A stretch of DNA of 64,000 nt from the NCBI GenBank assembly GCA_946626785.1, contig CAMOUY010000001.1, positions 12,116-76,115 of the forward strand, given 5' to 3'. Position numbers and translations under genes: made by a program. The stretch is from an uncultured Sphaerochaeta sp. Lineage in GTDB: Bacteria > Spirochaetota > Spirochaetia > Sphaerochaetales > Sphaerochaetaceae. Below are positions 47,531-55,298 of this stretch, in pieces. Under the pieces are notes generated by a model. It ran no database searches, was not told the origin of the DNA, and was given only the letters and a program-made list of their open reading frames with translations. Position 1 is the first letter of the stretch. The number at the start of each line of letters is the position of its first letter.

Positions 47531-47603
47531 CGTGAGATGTAAATCTCAACCTCCTTTTGTTCCCCCATGGTTTGACCTCCTTTTATCCATGGGGTTTTTT
47601 TTT
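47531..47603 (+). ncRNA. candidate ~70-nt small RNA with two anti-Shine-Dalgarno-like ACCUCCUUUU motifs and an intrinsic terminator
   Basis: The 5' hairpin is TGAGAT-GTAA-ATCTCA (GNRA loop). A single-stranded ACCTCCTTTT follows at 47549-47558. The terminator stem CCCCATGG/CCATGGGG (47563-47594) carries a second ACCTCCTTTT (47575-47584) in its loop. A T9 run follows at 47595-47603. The 5' end is a guess from the promoter. Confidence 0.3.
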
Positions 47604-47820
47604 GCCCAAATCCCAGTTTAACGTGAATAGAAACTGCATATTTTTTGCAGTCAAAAATTTTTAAATATGTAAAAAACAGCCTGTTTCACGGGTGTTTCTG
47701 TATATAATAACACGATTTGCATTTTTTATCCTTGTTAGTTTTGTATTTGTACTGTATATTTGAGTTGTTTTGCACTGTATATCAAAACATTTCATGACAC
47801 ATTTTCGGAGGAATGTATAA

Positions 47821-48291
47821 ATGAAGCAGAGATACAATAGGCTGACTGTCATCAAAGACCTCATCAAGAAGAACCGCATTGACAATCAGGACACTCTTCT
47901 GAACCTTCTCAAAGAGGAGGGTTATTCAGTCACACAGGCCACCCTTTCAAGGGACCTCAAGATGCTGAAGGTCGGTAAGATCTCAGACGGCTGGAGTGGT
48001 TACTACTATTCGCTTCCGGACAACGATCTGGTTGCAGAATCGGAGAAGAGTTACATTCAGGACGTGAGAAGAGGCGTTGTCTCCATGGAGTTCAGCGGAA
48101 ACATCGGAGTCATCAAGACTCGCGAGGGACATGCCAACAGCGTGGCTGTAGGCCTTGAGGCCCTGGCACTTCCTGAGATTCTCGGCACCCTTGCCGGTGA
48201 TGACACAATCATGGTCATCCTCAGAGAGGGAATGACAAAGGAAGATCTGCAGGAGAGTTTCAAGACTCGCATTCCAGAGATCGAGGACTGA
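47821..48291 (+). CDS. argR: arginine repressor
   Basis: It has an N-terminal wHTH (QDTLLNLLKEEGYSVTQATLSRDLKMLKV) and a C-terminal GTLAGDDTIMVI oligomerisation/arginine-binding motif. Confidence 0.87.
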   Translation: MKQRYNRLTVIKDLIKKNRIDNQDTLLNLLKEEGYSVTQATLSRDLKMLKVGKISDGWSGYYYSLPDNDLVAESEKSYIQDVRRGVVSMEFSGNIGVIKTREGHANSVAVGLEALALPEILGTLAGDDTIMVILREGMTKEDLQESFKTRIPEIED

Positions 48292-48304
48292 GGGGAATAA
48301 GGAA

Positions 48305-49903
48305 ATGATCGAATACAATAATCTTACTCAGACAAAGAGCTACGAGAAGCTTTCAGCCATAAAGGCCTATGATATCAAGCACAACCTCAATGGTTCACGC
48401 ATTGAAGGCTCAACAATCAAAGAGGCCGGAACTCTGGTCTACAACTACGGTGCAATGCCTGTTGACGAGAAGACCATCGATGCCCTCCAGGCCCTTGCAG
48501 ACGAGCAGCAGCTCATCGAGAAGTACAAGGCTCTGCTGAGCGGAGAGAGAATGAACACAGGCGAGAACCGCCTTGTCCTCCACCAGCTCACAAGAGGGCG
48601 TGTCCTTGAAGGCGTCAAGGTCGAGGCAGACGGGGTTGAGAAGGGTGACTTCTACAACGGCGAGCTCGACAAGATCCGCGACTTCTCCGAGAAGGTCAGA
48701 AACGGAGAGATCAAGGGTTCCACAGGCAAGGAGATCACAACCGTCATCCAGATCGGTATCGGTGGTTCAGACCTCGGTCCAAGAGCCCTCTGCTATGCCC
48801 TGAACCTGATTGGGCCTCAGGATGGCTGCACAAAGAAACTCAACGCAAGATTCATCTCAAACGTCGACCCTGACGATGCCTGCGCAGTCCTTGAGGGAGT
48901 CGACCTTGAGGCTACACTATTTGTTCTGGTCTCCAAGAGCGGAACAACCCAGGAGACTCTGGCAAACAGAGACCTTGTCTTCAAGGTCATGGAGAAGAGC
49001 GGAATCAAGGGCCTTGTCCCAGAGAAGCACGTTGTTGCCGTAACAAGCAACACAAGTCCTCTTGCAAAGACCCCGGACATCCTGGCTGTCTTCTTCATGG
49101 ATGACTACATCGGTGGCCGCTACTCGGCAACAAGCCCGGTCGGCGGTGTCATCCTCTCTCTTACATATGGATTCAACGTCTTCAAGCAGATCCTCGACGG
49201 AGCACACGCAGAGGATGTCTGTGCCTTGGAGAAGGACATCAGAAAGAACGGAACCCTGATGGATGCAATGATCGGCGTATATCTGCGCAACGTCCTGAAG
49301 TATCCGTACACAGCAGTCCTTCCATACAGCCAGAGCCTGCACAGAATGCCGGCACACTTCCAGCAGCTGGACATGGAGTCCAACGGAAAGCACGTCAACA
49401 GATTCGGCAAGGTAATCGACTACCAGACAGGTCCGGTCATCTTCGGCGAGCCGGGAACAAACGGACAGCATTCCTTCTATCAGCTTCTCCACCAGGGAAC
49501 TGACATCGTACCGATGCAGTTCATCGGCTTCAAGGAGAAAGAGGGTAATCTGGATGCAGAGAACGGTGGTTCTACAAGCCAGACAAAGCTCAAGGCAAAC
49601 CTTGTCGCACAGATTGTCGCCTTTGCCTGTGGCCGTGACAACGCCGAGAACCCGAACAAGGGCTTCGAGGGTGGAAGACCATCAAGCGTGCTGGTGGCAG
49701 ACAGACTCACTCCGTTTGCACTCGGTGCAATTCTGGCTCACTTCGAGAACAAGGTCATGTTCCAGGGCTTCACTTGGAACATCAACAGCTTCGACCAGGA
49801 AGGTGTCCAGCTTGGTAAGATCCTTGCCAAGAAGGTCCTTGCCGGTTGTGAAGGTGATGAGAACCTGATGGCTTATTCAAAGCTGTTGGGAATTGATTTC
49901 TAA
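48305..49903 (+). CDS. pgi: glucose-6-phosphate isomerase
   Basis: It has IGIGGSDLGPRA, VSKSGTTQET and the C-terminal catalytic region (GEPGTNGQHSFYQLLHQG). 532 aa. Confidence 0.92.
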   Translation: MIEYNNLTQTKSYEKLSAIKAYDIKHNLNGSRIEGSTIKEAGTLVYNYGAMPVDEKTIDALQALADEQQLIEKYKALLSGERMNTGENRLVLHQLTRGRVLEGVKVEADGVEKGDFYNGELDKIRDFSEKVRNGEIKGSTGKEITTVIQIGIGGSDLGPRALCYALNLIGPQDGCTKKLNARFISNVDPDDACAVLEGVDLEATLFVLVSKSGTTQETLANRDLVFKVMEKSGIKGLVPEKHVVAVTSNTSPLAKTPDILAVFFMDDYIGGRYSATSPVGGVILSLTYGFNVFKQILDGAHAEDVCALEKDIRKNGTLMDAMIGVYLRNVLKYPYTAVLPYSQSLHRMPAHFQQLDMESNGKHVNRFGKVIDYQTGPVIFGEPGTNGQHSFYQLLHQGTDIVPMQFIGFKEKEGNLDAENGGSTSQTKLKANLVAQIVAFACGRDNAENPNKGFEGGRPSSVLVADRLTPFALGAILAHFENKVMFQGFTWNINSFDQEGVQLGKILAKKVLAGCEGDENLMAYSKLLGIDF

Positions 49904-49933
49904 ATATCAAAGGGTTAATGGGAGATTAAAGAA

Positions 49934-50488
49934 ATGGCTTTAATAATCATTGTTGTTGCTGTTATTGTCATCGCTTTGCTTATCATCTCAACCTACAACG
50001 GTTGTGTCAGACTCAAGAACCAGGGCGAAGAGGCCTATGCCCAGATCGATGCTCACCTGAAGCAGCGCTACGACCTGATTCCAAACCTCGTTGAGACCGT
50101 CAAGGGCTATGCCAAGCACGAGCAGGGCACCCTGACTGCTGTCATCGAGGCAAGAAACAAGGCAATGAGTGCCGGAACCGTCGAGGAGAAGGACAAGGCT
50201 GACAAGGCCTTCGAGGGAACCCTCAAGAGCCTGTTCGCACTCTCCGAGGCCTATCCAGACCTCAAGGCCAACACAAACTTCCAGGACCTTCAGGCCCAGC
50301 TCTCAAAGCTTGAGAGCGAGATCCTCCAGGCCAGAAAATACTACAATGGTGTTGTGAAGACCTTCAACACAAAGATCGAGACCTTCCCGACATCCTTGAT
50401 CGTCAACATCTTCGGCGGAAAGTTCAAGAAGATGTCCTATGTCGAGGTCGCGGAGGCCGAGAGACAGAACGTGAAGGTTCAGTTCTGA
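49934..50488 (+). CDS. lemA: LemA-family membrane protein
   Basis: It has an N-terminal TM helix followed by YNGCVRLKNQGEEAYAQIDAHLKQRYDLIPNLVETVKGYAKHE and ARKYYNGVVKTFN, the LemA signatures. Confidence 0.87.
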   Translation: MALIIIVVAVIVIALLIISTYNGCVRLKNQGEEAYAQIDAHLKQRYDLIPNLVETVKGYAKHEQGTLTAVIEARNKAMSAGTVEEKDKADKAFEGTLKSLFALSEAYPDLKANTNFQDLQAQLSKLESEILQARKYYNGVVKTFNTKIETFPTSLIVNIFGGKFKKMSYVEVAEAERQNVKVQF

Positions 50489-50498
50489 TTTTCTGCCT

Positions 50499-52433
50499 AT
50501 GAAGCGTATATTTCTAATCGCCCTTGTCCTTGTGACAGGGGCTTTCTGCCTGTTCGCATCCACGGACTACTACATCAAGAACTATGATGTGAAAGTCTCC
50601 TTAGGCAACAATGCTGTCCACCACATCGTGGAGACCATCGATGTCTACTTCGAGGGACCGCACCACGGAATAGTCCGCGAGATCCCATATGAGTACTCTG
50701 ACTACAACGGCACCACCGCCAAGATCAAGAACCTGACCTGTTCGGAGAAGTACGAATCCGACACGGACAACGGCTATCTGGTCATGAAGATTGGTTCCGC
50801 CTCAAAGTACGTTCAGGGCGATGTCACCTATGTCATCGAGTACGACTATGACCTCGGAGCCGACTACAACGAAGGCTACGACGAGTTCTACCTGAACATC
50901 ATCGGCCCCGATTGGGAATGCGACATCAACAACGTTAGCTTCTCCATAGCGATTCCTTTCGTGGAGAGCGAAGACTTTGCCACCGGTGAGGCTTTCTTCA
51001 ACTATGTTTACAAGAACACCTATTTCACCTCTGGAAGCTACGGTTCCACAAGCTCGAAGGTCTCGGCCACGCTGGCTTTGCAGGAGGACGACTCCCTTCT
51101 GATTAAGGGAACAGCCAGTTCTCTCGGACCTTATCAGGCCGTGACGATCAGAATGGACCTGCCTGAGGGCTGGTACCAGAATGCAAGGGAACTCTGGGAC
51201 TACAGACCTGTGGCAAACCTCGCGAACATCTTCGTCACGATAGTCCTCATTGCCCTGGCTGCATTCCTGTGGTCCATGTACGGAAGGGACAATGTTCCAA
51301 TCGTTGTTGCCAGATTCGAGCCTCCAAGAGGCTTCTCTCCGCTTATGGTCGGCTACATCGCCGACAACACAGTCGATGACAAGGACGTCATCTCCATGCT
51401 GTTCTACTGGGCGGACGAGGGTCTTCTGAGCATAGAGGAGCAGAAGGGCAGCAAGTACACCTTCACAAAGCTCAAGGACATCGAGGCCTACGCAATCGAG
51501 AGCGGAAAGGACATTCCCGCCTTTGAGGTCCAGCTGTTCAACGGCTTCTTCAAGAACTGCGACGTCGGTTCCACGGTCAAGTTCAAGGATCTTCAGAAGA
51601 ACAACTTCTACCAGACGATCGTTGACACAAAGACCAAGACCAGCGCCCATTTCTCAAAGGACAGGGCCCTCTATGAGAGAAAGAGCAAGACCTATGCAGG
51701 TCTTATGATCTTCCTTTCTCTTGTTCCTCTTGCAACCGGAATCCTCAGAATCTGCTGTAAGGAGAACATGGTGGACAATGCCTTCCTTCTTGTTCCTGTT
51801 GCTGCTGTTCTGTTCTTCATGAACGGAATAAGCTTCGAGACGCTGTTCAGGAAATGGCATCTCAGAAAGAGCAATGTCTTTGCCACGATAATCAGATTCG
51901 TTCCTATGGTGCTTGCATTCTTCATCTTCCTTGCCGTTGACGCCTCTGTGTCCGACAGACCTTCACTGTTCGGCAACTTCCTTTCAATCTGCGGCTCCAC
52001 CACGATTGCGTTCTTCGCTGCAATCATGTCTAAGCGCAGTGAATACGGAAACAAGGTCCTGGAAGAGACCTTGGGCTACAGGGAGTTCATCGACAAGGTC
52101 GAGATCGACCAGCTGAAGATGATGATCGACCAGGATCCGGACTTCTACTACCACGTTCTCTCCTATGCAGTAGTGCTTGGACTTGAGAACAAGTGGGCCA
52201 AGAAGTTCGACGGAATGATCGTGAACCCACCGACATGGTACAGCGGCTACAACGCCTTCGACGTCTACTTGATGTCCAGAATGGCTTCCAACATGATCCG
52301 CTCAATACCTGTCAACTCGATGCCAAAATCCTCCATCTCCGGCAGTGCCGGTTCCCGTGTGGGTGGTGGCGGCTTCCACAGCAGTGGATTCTCCGGAGGA
52401 GGCTTCGGAGGAGGCGGTGGACATGCATGGTGA
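50499..52433 (+). CDS. DUF2207-domain membrane protein (LemA partner) with Gly-rich C-terminal tail
   Basis: It has a signal peptide, an extracytoplasmic N-terminal domain, multiple TM helices and a C-terminal GGGFHSSGFSGGGFGGGGGHAW tail. Its position after lemA is conserved. Confidence 0.75.
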   Translation: MKRIFLIALVLVTGAFCLFASTDYYIKNYDVKVSLGNNAVHHIVETIDVYFEGPHHGIVREIPYEYSDYNGTTAKIKNLTCSEKYESDTDNGYLVMKIGSASKYVQGDVTYVIEYDYDLGADYNEGYDEFYLNIIGPDWECDINNVSFSIAIPFVESEDFATGEAFFNYVYKNTYFTSGSYGSTSSKVSATLALQEDDSLLIKGTASSLGPYQAVTIRMDLPEGWYQNARELWDYRPVANLANIFVTIVLIALAAFLWSMYGRDNVPIVVARFEPPRGFSPLMVGYIADNTVDDKDVISMLFYWADEGLLSIEEQKGSKYTFTKLKDIEAYAIESGKDIPAFEVQLFNGFFKNCDVGSTVKFKDLQKNNFYQTIVDTKTKTSAHFSKDRALYERKSKTYAGLMIFLSLVPLATGILRICCKENMVDNAFLLVPVAAVLFFMNGISFETLFRKWHLRKSNVFATIIRFVPMVLAFFIFLAVDASVSDRPSLFGNFLSICGSTTIAFFAAIMSKRSEYGNKVLEETLGYREFIDKVEIDQLKMMIDQDPDFYYHVLSYAVVLGLENKWAKKFDGMIVNPPTWYSGYNAFDVYLMSRMASNMIRSIPVNSMPKSSISGSAGSRVGGGGFHSSGFSGGGFGGGGGHAW

Positions 52434-53106
52434 TTTACTTGGCATTCTGCTGTCAGTTATTCTGATAGCTCTCTGTCTGGCAATTGCCTTCATTGTCTCG
52501 AAATTCGGGAAGAGGCGCCTTGGCGACGCCTCTTCCGAGATTGCCCGCAAGATCGTGCACATAGGTGTCTCGAACTGGTTCTTCGTCTACTACCATGTCT
52601 TTGAATCCGACATCTGGCCGATTCTGGGGCTTGGCGCCTTTACTGTCATCAATCTGATTCTCAACGTTTCCGGTTCTTTGGCCGTTCTTATGGGGCAGTC
52701 CAGCAAGAAACGCAACTGGGGCCTTGTGGAGTATCCGATCTCCGTAATTCTTCTGATTGTCCTGAAGATGCTTGGAGTAGGCGATGCGGTTTGCGTAGGC
52801 TGCGGACTTCTCTGCATGGGCTATGGTGACGGTCTTGCCGCTTTGGTTGGCAGGGCAATCAAATCAAAGAAGTTCGGCCTTGGTGGGAAGAAGTCAGTTG
52901 CAGGGTCTGTGACCATGGCCCTGGTCACGTTTGTCATCTTCATTGCCCTGAAGCTTGGCTATGGCAGTGCAGCCTCGACGGGAGCTGTTGTCCTTGTTGC
53001 CTTGCTTGCCGCGCTTCTTGCCACTTTGGTCGAGGCCTACACGCCCTTTGGCCTTGACAACATAAGCGTACCTCTTACAATTTACCTTGTTTCGGTGTTG
53101 GTATGA
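52423..53106 (+). CDS. polyprenol/phytol/dolichol kinase-family membrane protein (COG0170, CTP-dependent)
   Basis: It is polytopic and has SSEIARKIVHIGVSNWF and GYGDGLAALVGR motifs as in the SEC59/VTE5 family. ATG 52423 overlaps the DUF2207 stop by 11 nt. Confidence 0.6.
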   Translation: MHGDLLGILLSVILIALCLAIAFIVSKFGKRRLGDASSEIARKIVHIGVSNWFFVYYHVFESDIWPILGLGAFTVINLILNVSGSLAVLMGQSSKKRNWGLVEYPISVILLIVLKMLGVGDAVCVGCGLLCMGYGDGLAALVGRAIKSKKFGLGGKKSVAGSVTMALVTFVIFIALKLGYGSAASTGAVVLVALLAALLATLVEAYTPFGLDNISVPLTIYLVSVLV

Positions 53107-53981
53107 TAACATTCCTGGATGATGCGCTTTTCACACTCCAATGGCCTCTACCTCTGATAATAGTTTGCGGTGCAATGGCGTTGATCGCTGTTCTTGCCTA
53201 TCTGGCACGCACTCTCAGTGTCAGTGGTTCCTTGGCAGCCTTCGTCTGTGGAGTGATCGTCCTGTGGTCAACCAGATTCGAGGGCTTTCTGCTGTTCCTT
53301 CTTTTCTTTGTATCCTGCAATGTGGTCGGAAAGGTCTCCCGGAACATCAGAAAGGCAAGGGAAGCCCGAGTCTCCAAGCTTTTGGAAGAGGTTCAGGAGA
53401 AGAAAGGACATCGCAGAGACGGCATGCAGGTCATGGCAAATGGCCTTATGGCCACAATCGCAGCCCTGTTATGGCTAATTGGTGCAAAACCTTCAGCCTT
53501 GGTGATGTTTGGAGCCTCCATTGCAGAGGCTACAAGCGATACCTTTGCAGGAGAGATAGGGCGTTTGAGCAGCAAGGGCCCTGTTTCGATCCTTACAAAG
53601 AAGCCTGTTCCAGTAGGAGTCTCCGGAGGAGTGACCTGGCTTGGAACAATTGGCGCCTTCCTTTCCTCTGCTTTCATCGCAGTCTGCTGGTATGTTTTCT
53701 TCATATTCACAGTGGGTCCTTCCGCTGTCTCCTTCCACGGAGCAGCCCTTGTCTGTCTTCTTGGTTTTGCAGGGGCAATTGTGGACTCCTATCTTGGCGC
53801 CACCATCCAGGCGATCTACTTCGACCCTGAATCCAGGGCTCTCACAGAGAAGGACGAGATTGACGGACGCAAGCTCGAGCTCTCCAGAGGCATAAGATGG
53901 GTGGACAACGACATGGTCAACCTGATCTCCAACATCTTCTCCGCAATATTCGCAATGGGAATGAGCGCGCTGATTGGTTGA
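53103..53981 (+). CDS. DUF92 (TMEM19/VTE6-like, COG1836) integral membrane protein
   Basis: It is polytopic and has ASIAEATSDTFAGEIG and VGVSGGVTWLGTIGAF motifs typical of DUF92. A 4-nt overlap links it to the upstream kinase-family gene. Confidence 0.65.
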   Translation: MITFLDDALFTLQWPLPLIIVCGAMALIAVLAYLARTLSVSGSLAAFVCGVIVLWSTRFEGFLLFLLFFVSCNVVGKVSRNIRKAREARVSKLLEEVQEKKGHRRDGMQVMANGLMATIAALLWLIGAKPSALVMFGASIAEATSDTFAGEIGRLSSKGPVSILTKKPVPVGVSGGVTWLGTIGAFLSSAFIAVCWYVFFIFTVGPSAVSFHGAALVCLLGFAGAIVDSYLGATIQAIYFDPESRALTEKDEIDGRKLELSRGIRWVDNDMVNLISNIFSAIFAMGMSALIG

Positions 53982-53993
53982 GCTTTGAGTTCT

Positions 53994-54192
53994 TTGGCAT
54001 AGAAAAATAAGAAAACAGCTCTACTTATGCCAAAACCTTTTCTCTGTTGGCATAGAAAGCAAGGAAAACTGCCCAACTTATGCCAAAGGTCTTTCATCTT
54101 TGGCATAGAAACCAAGAAAAAAGACTCTTCTTATGCCAAATTACTTTCTCTATTGGCATAGAAAGTAAGGAAAACGGCTCTATTTATGCCAA
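53994..54192. repeat. tandem array of four 53-bp units, each with an 8-bp inverted repeat TTGGCATA...TATGCCAA
   Basis: Units start at 53994, 54047, 54100 and 54153. The arms are invariant: TTGGCATAGAAA on the left and TTATGCCAA on the right. The 24-nt inter-arm and 13-nt inter-unit segments are about 60-75% conserved. Confidence 0.9.
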
Positions 54193-54193
54193 T

Positions 54194-54970
54194 TCATTTG
54201 AAGAAGACTTCGATTATCTGCTGCAGTTCTTTCCTTGTGAGTTTGTATTCGTCATTATCAAAGGTGACGATGAGGTTTTTTCCTAGAAGCATATTGCTTA
54301 GAGCATAGTCTTTGATTTTCTTGATTGCGATTGTTTTATAGCTTTCCTTTTCTGTCAGCCCAAGATGCTCCCAAATGAAGAGCTCTCCAGAAAGAGGATG
54401 CATAACAGTGAAATCAGGACGAACTGTGTGACCATTGTAAAGAGTAAAAGGTCGTTCGTATCGATAAGGGATCTCATTCTCAAATAGAACATTTGCTATG
54501 AGAGCTTCCGGCCAAGAACGGACAACTTCTCCCTTGAGCGTATCGTTCGGATATTTGATTTCGTATTCTGAAGGAGGATATTTCTCTTGAAGAAATCGGC
54601 GGACAAGGACCTTCACAGGTTCTTCAAGAGGTTTCACCATGAGTTTTCTCCCCTCATGCATGGATACATAGGTATTTGGTATCACTTCTATTTTTTTCAG
54701 CAGAAGGTTAATTGTAGAAAGCTCGTCTTTTGCCGCTTCCAAAACCTTGGAGTAATAGTGTTTTTTCGTAAGCATCTTAATCTGCTCATAATCTTCTTTT
54801 ATTGATAATTCTCCCTCTCCAAAAATAAGATAACGATAATATGTTTTCCCATTGACAGTTCTTTTGGTGACAGAAAGAGTTTTGTCAGGCTTCTTTTTCA
54901 GCCACGGCTCTATTCTGGAGATGTACTCCTCCAACTGCTTCTTCCGCTTCAGAAGTTCTATCTTGAGCAT
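54194..54970 (-). CDS. hypothetical protein with C-terminal restriction-endonuclease-like (PD-(D/E)XK / Vsr-DUF559-like) motif
   Basis: 258-aa ORF with an AAGGAGGG RBS and about 35-37% GC against about 52-55% in its neighbours. It has a coiled-coil-like N-terminus. The segment EALIANVLFENEIPYRYERPF...VRPDFTVMHPLSGELFIWEHLG resembles the E...PDF...(I/W)EHxG nuclease core. The functional call is tentative. Confidence 0.45.
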   Translation of the reverse strand: MLKIELLKRKKQLEEYISRIEPWLKKKPDKTLSVTKRTVNGKTYYRYLIFGEGELSIKEDYEQIKMLTKKHYYSKVLEAAKDELSTINLLLKKIEVIPNTYVSMHEGRKLMVKPLEEPVKVLVRRFLQEKYPPSEYEIKYPNDTLKGEVVRSWPEALIANVLFENEIPYRYERPFTLYNGHTVRPDFTVMHPLSGELFIWEHLGLTEKESYKTIAIKKIKDYALSNMLLGKNLIVTFDNDEYKLTRKELQQIIEVFFK

Positions 54971-55298
54971 ATTCAGCCCTCCTTGAAGACCCTTACAGGC
55001 AAAAAGTCAAAAAGATTAAGAAAAAAAGCCAACCAAAGAAAGGAAAAACAAAACAACTGATTGCAATACAATCAATTATAAAAATGAAAAAAATTCTGCC
55101 ACGTATAAATCACAAGGAGAGCAAAAGGCTCAAGGCATAAAGCAAAAGCTCGTAGAGAGGAAGAACAAAGAGGGGGAGGAAAAGAGGTTCTTCCACTTGT
55201 TTATACATTAACTTGATTTCTACGCAATTCTTTTGTATCTTTGGAAACGCTGGCGGAACCAGCATCATAAGAAAACTTTTTTATAGAGGATAGATATT

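Noticed and set aside
47518-47568. 16-aa minus-strand mini-ORF (MGEQKEVEIYISRLRT) with a perfect AAAGGAGGT SD, antisense to the candidate sRNA
   Set aside because: It is not fully excluded. However, the hairpin plus T9 run is oriented as a plus-strand terminator. The only minus-strand promoter candidate is weak (TTGACT-17-TCTATT). No minus-strand terminator follows, and the start codon would be buried in the 8-bp GC stem. I kept it as an alternative explanation in the sRNA finding.
47678-47698. parS-like half site TGTTTCACGGGTGTTTC
   Set aside because: Only the left half matches parS. The right half is not the inverted complement, so it is not a ParB palindrome.
47751-47782. TACTGTATAT/CACTGTATAT resembling E. 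coli LexA SOS-box half-sites upstream of argR
   Set aside because: The copies are direct, not inverted, and no CTGT-N8-ACAG palindrome is present. They are more likely local operator or promoter repeats, or chance.
54047-54062. Sigma-54 promoter-like TGGCAT-N-GCA inside the repeat units; similar TGGCGG...GCAT near 55250 upstream of groEL
   Set aside because: The GG-to-GC spacing is 1-2 nt shorter than the strict -24/-12 spacing. The GC element is present in only one of the four repeat units.
53994-54192. Possible small CRISPR array (regularly spaced conserved segments)
   Set aside because: The period is only 53 bp and there are only four units. The segments that would be spacers are themselves 60-75% conserved between units. 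Each unit is an inverted-repeat structure. No cas genes or leader are nearby. It behaves as a diverged tandem duplication, not repeat-spacer architecture.
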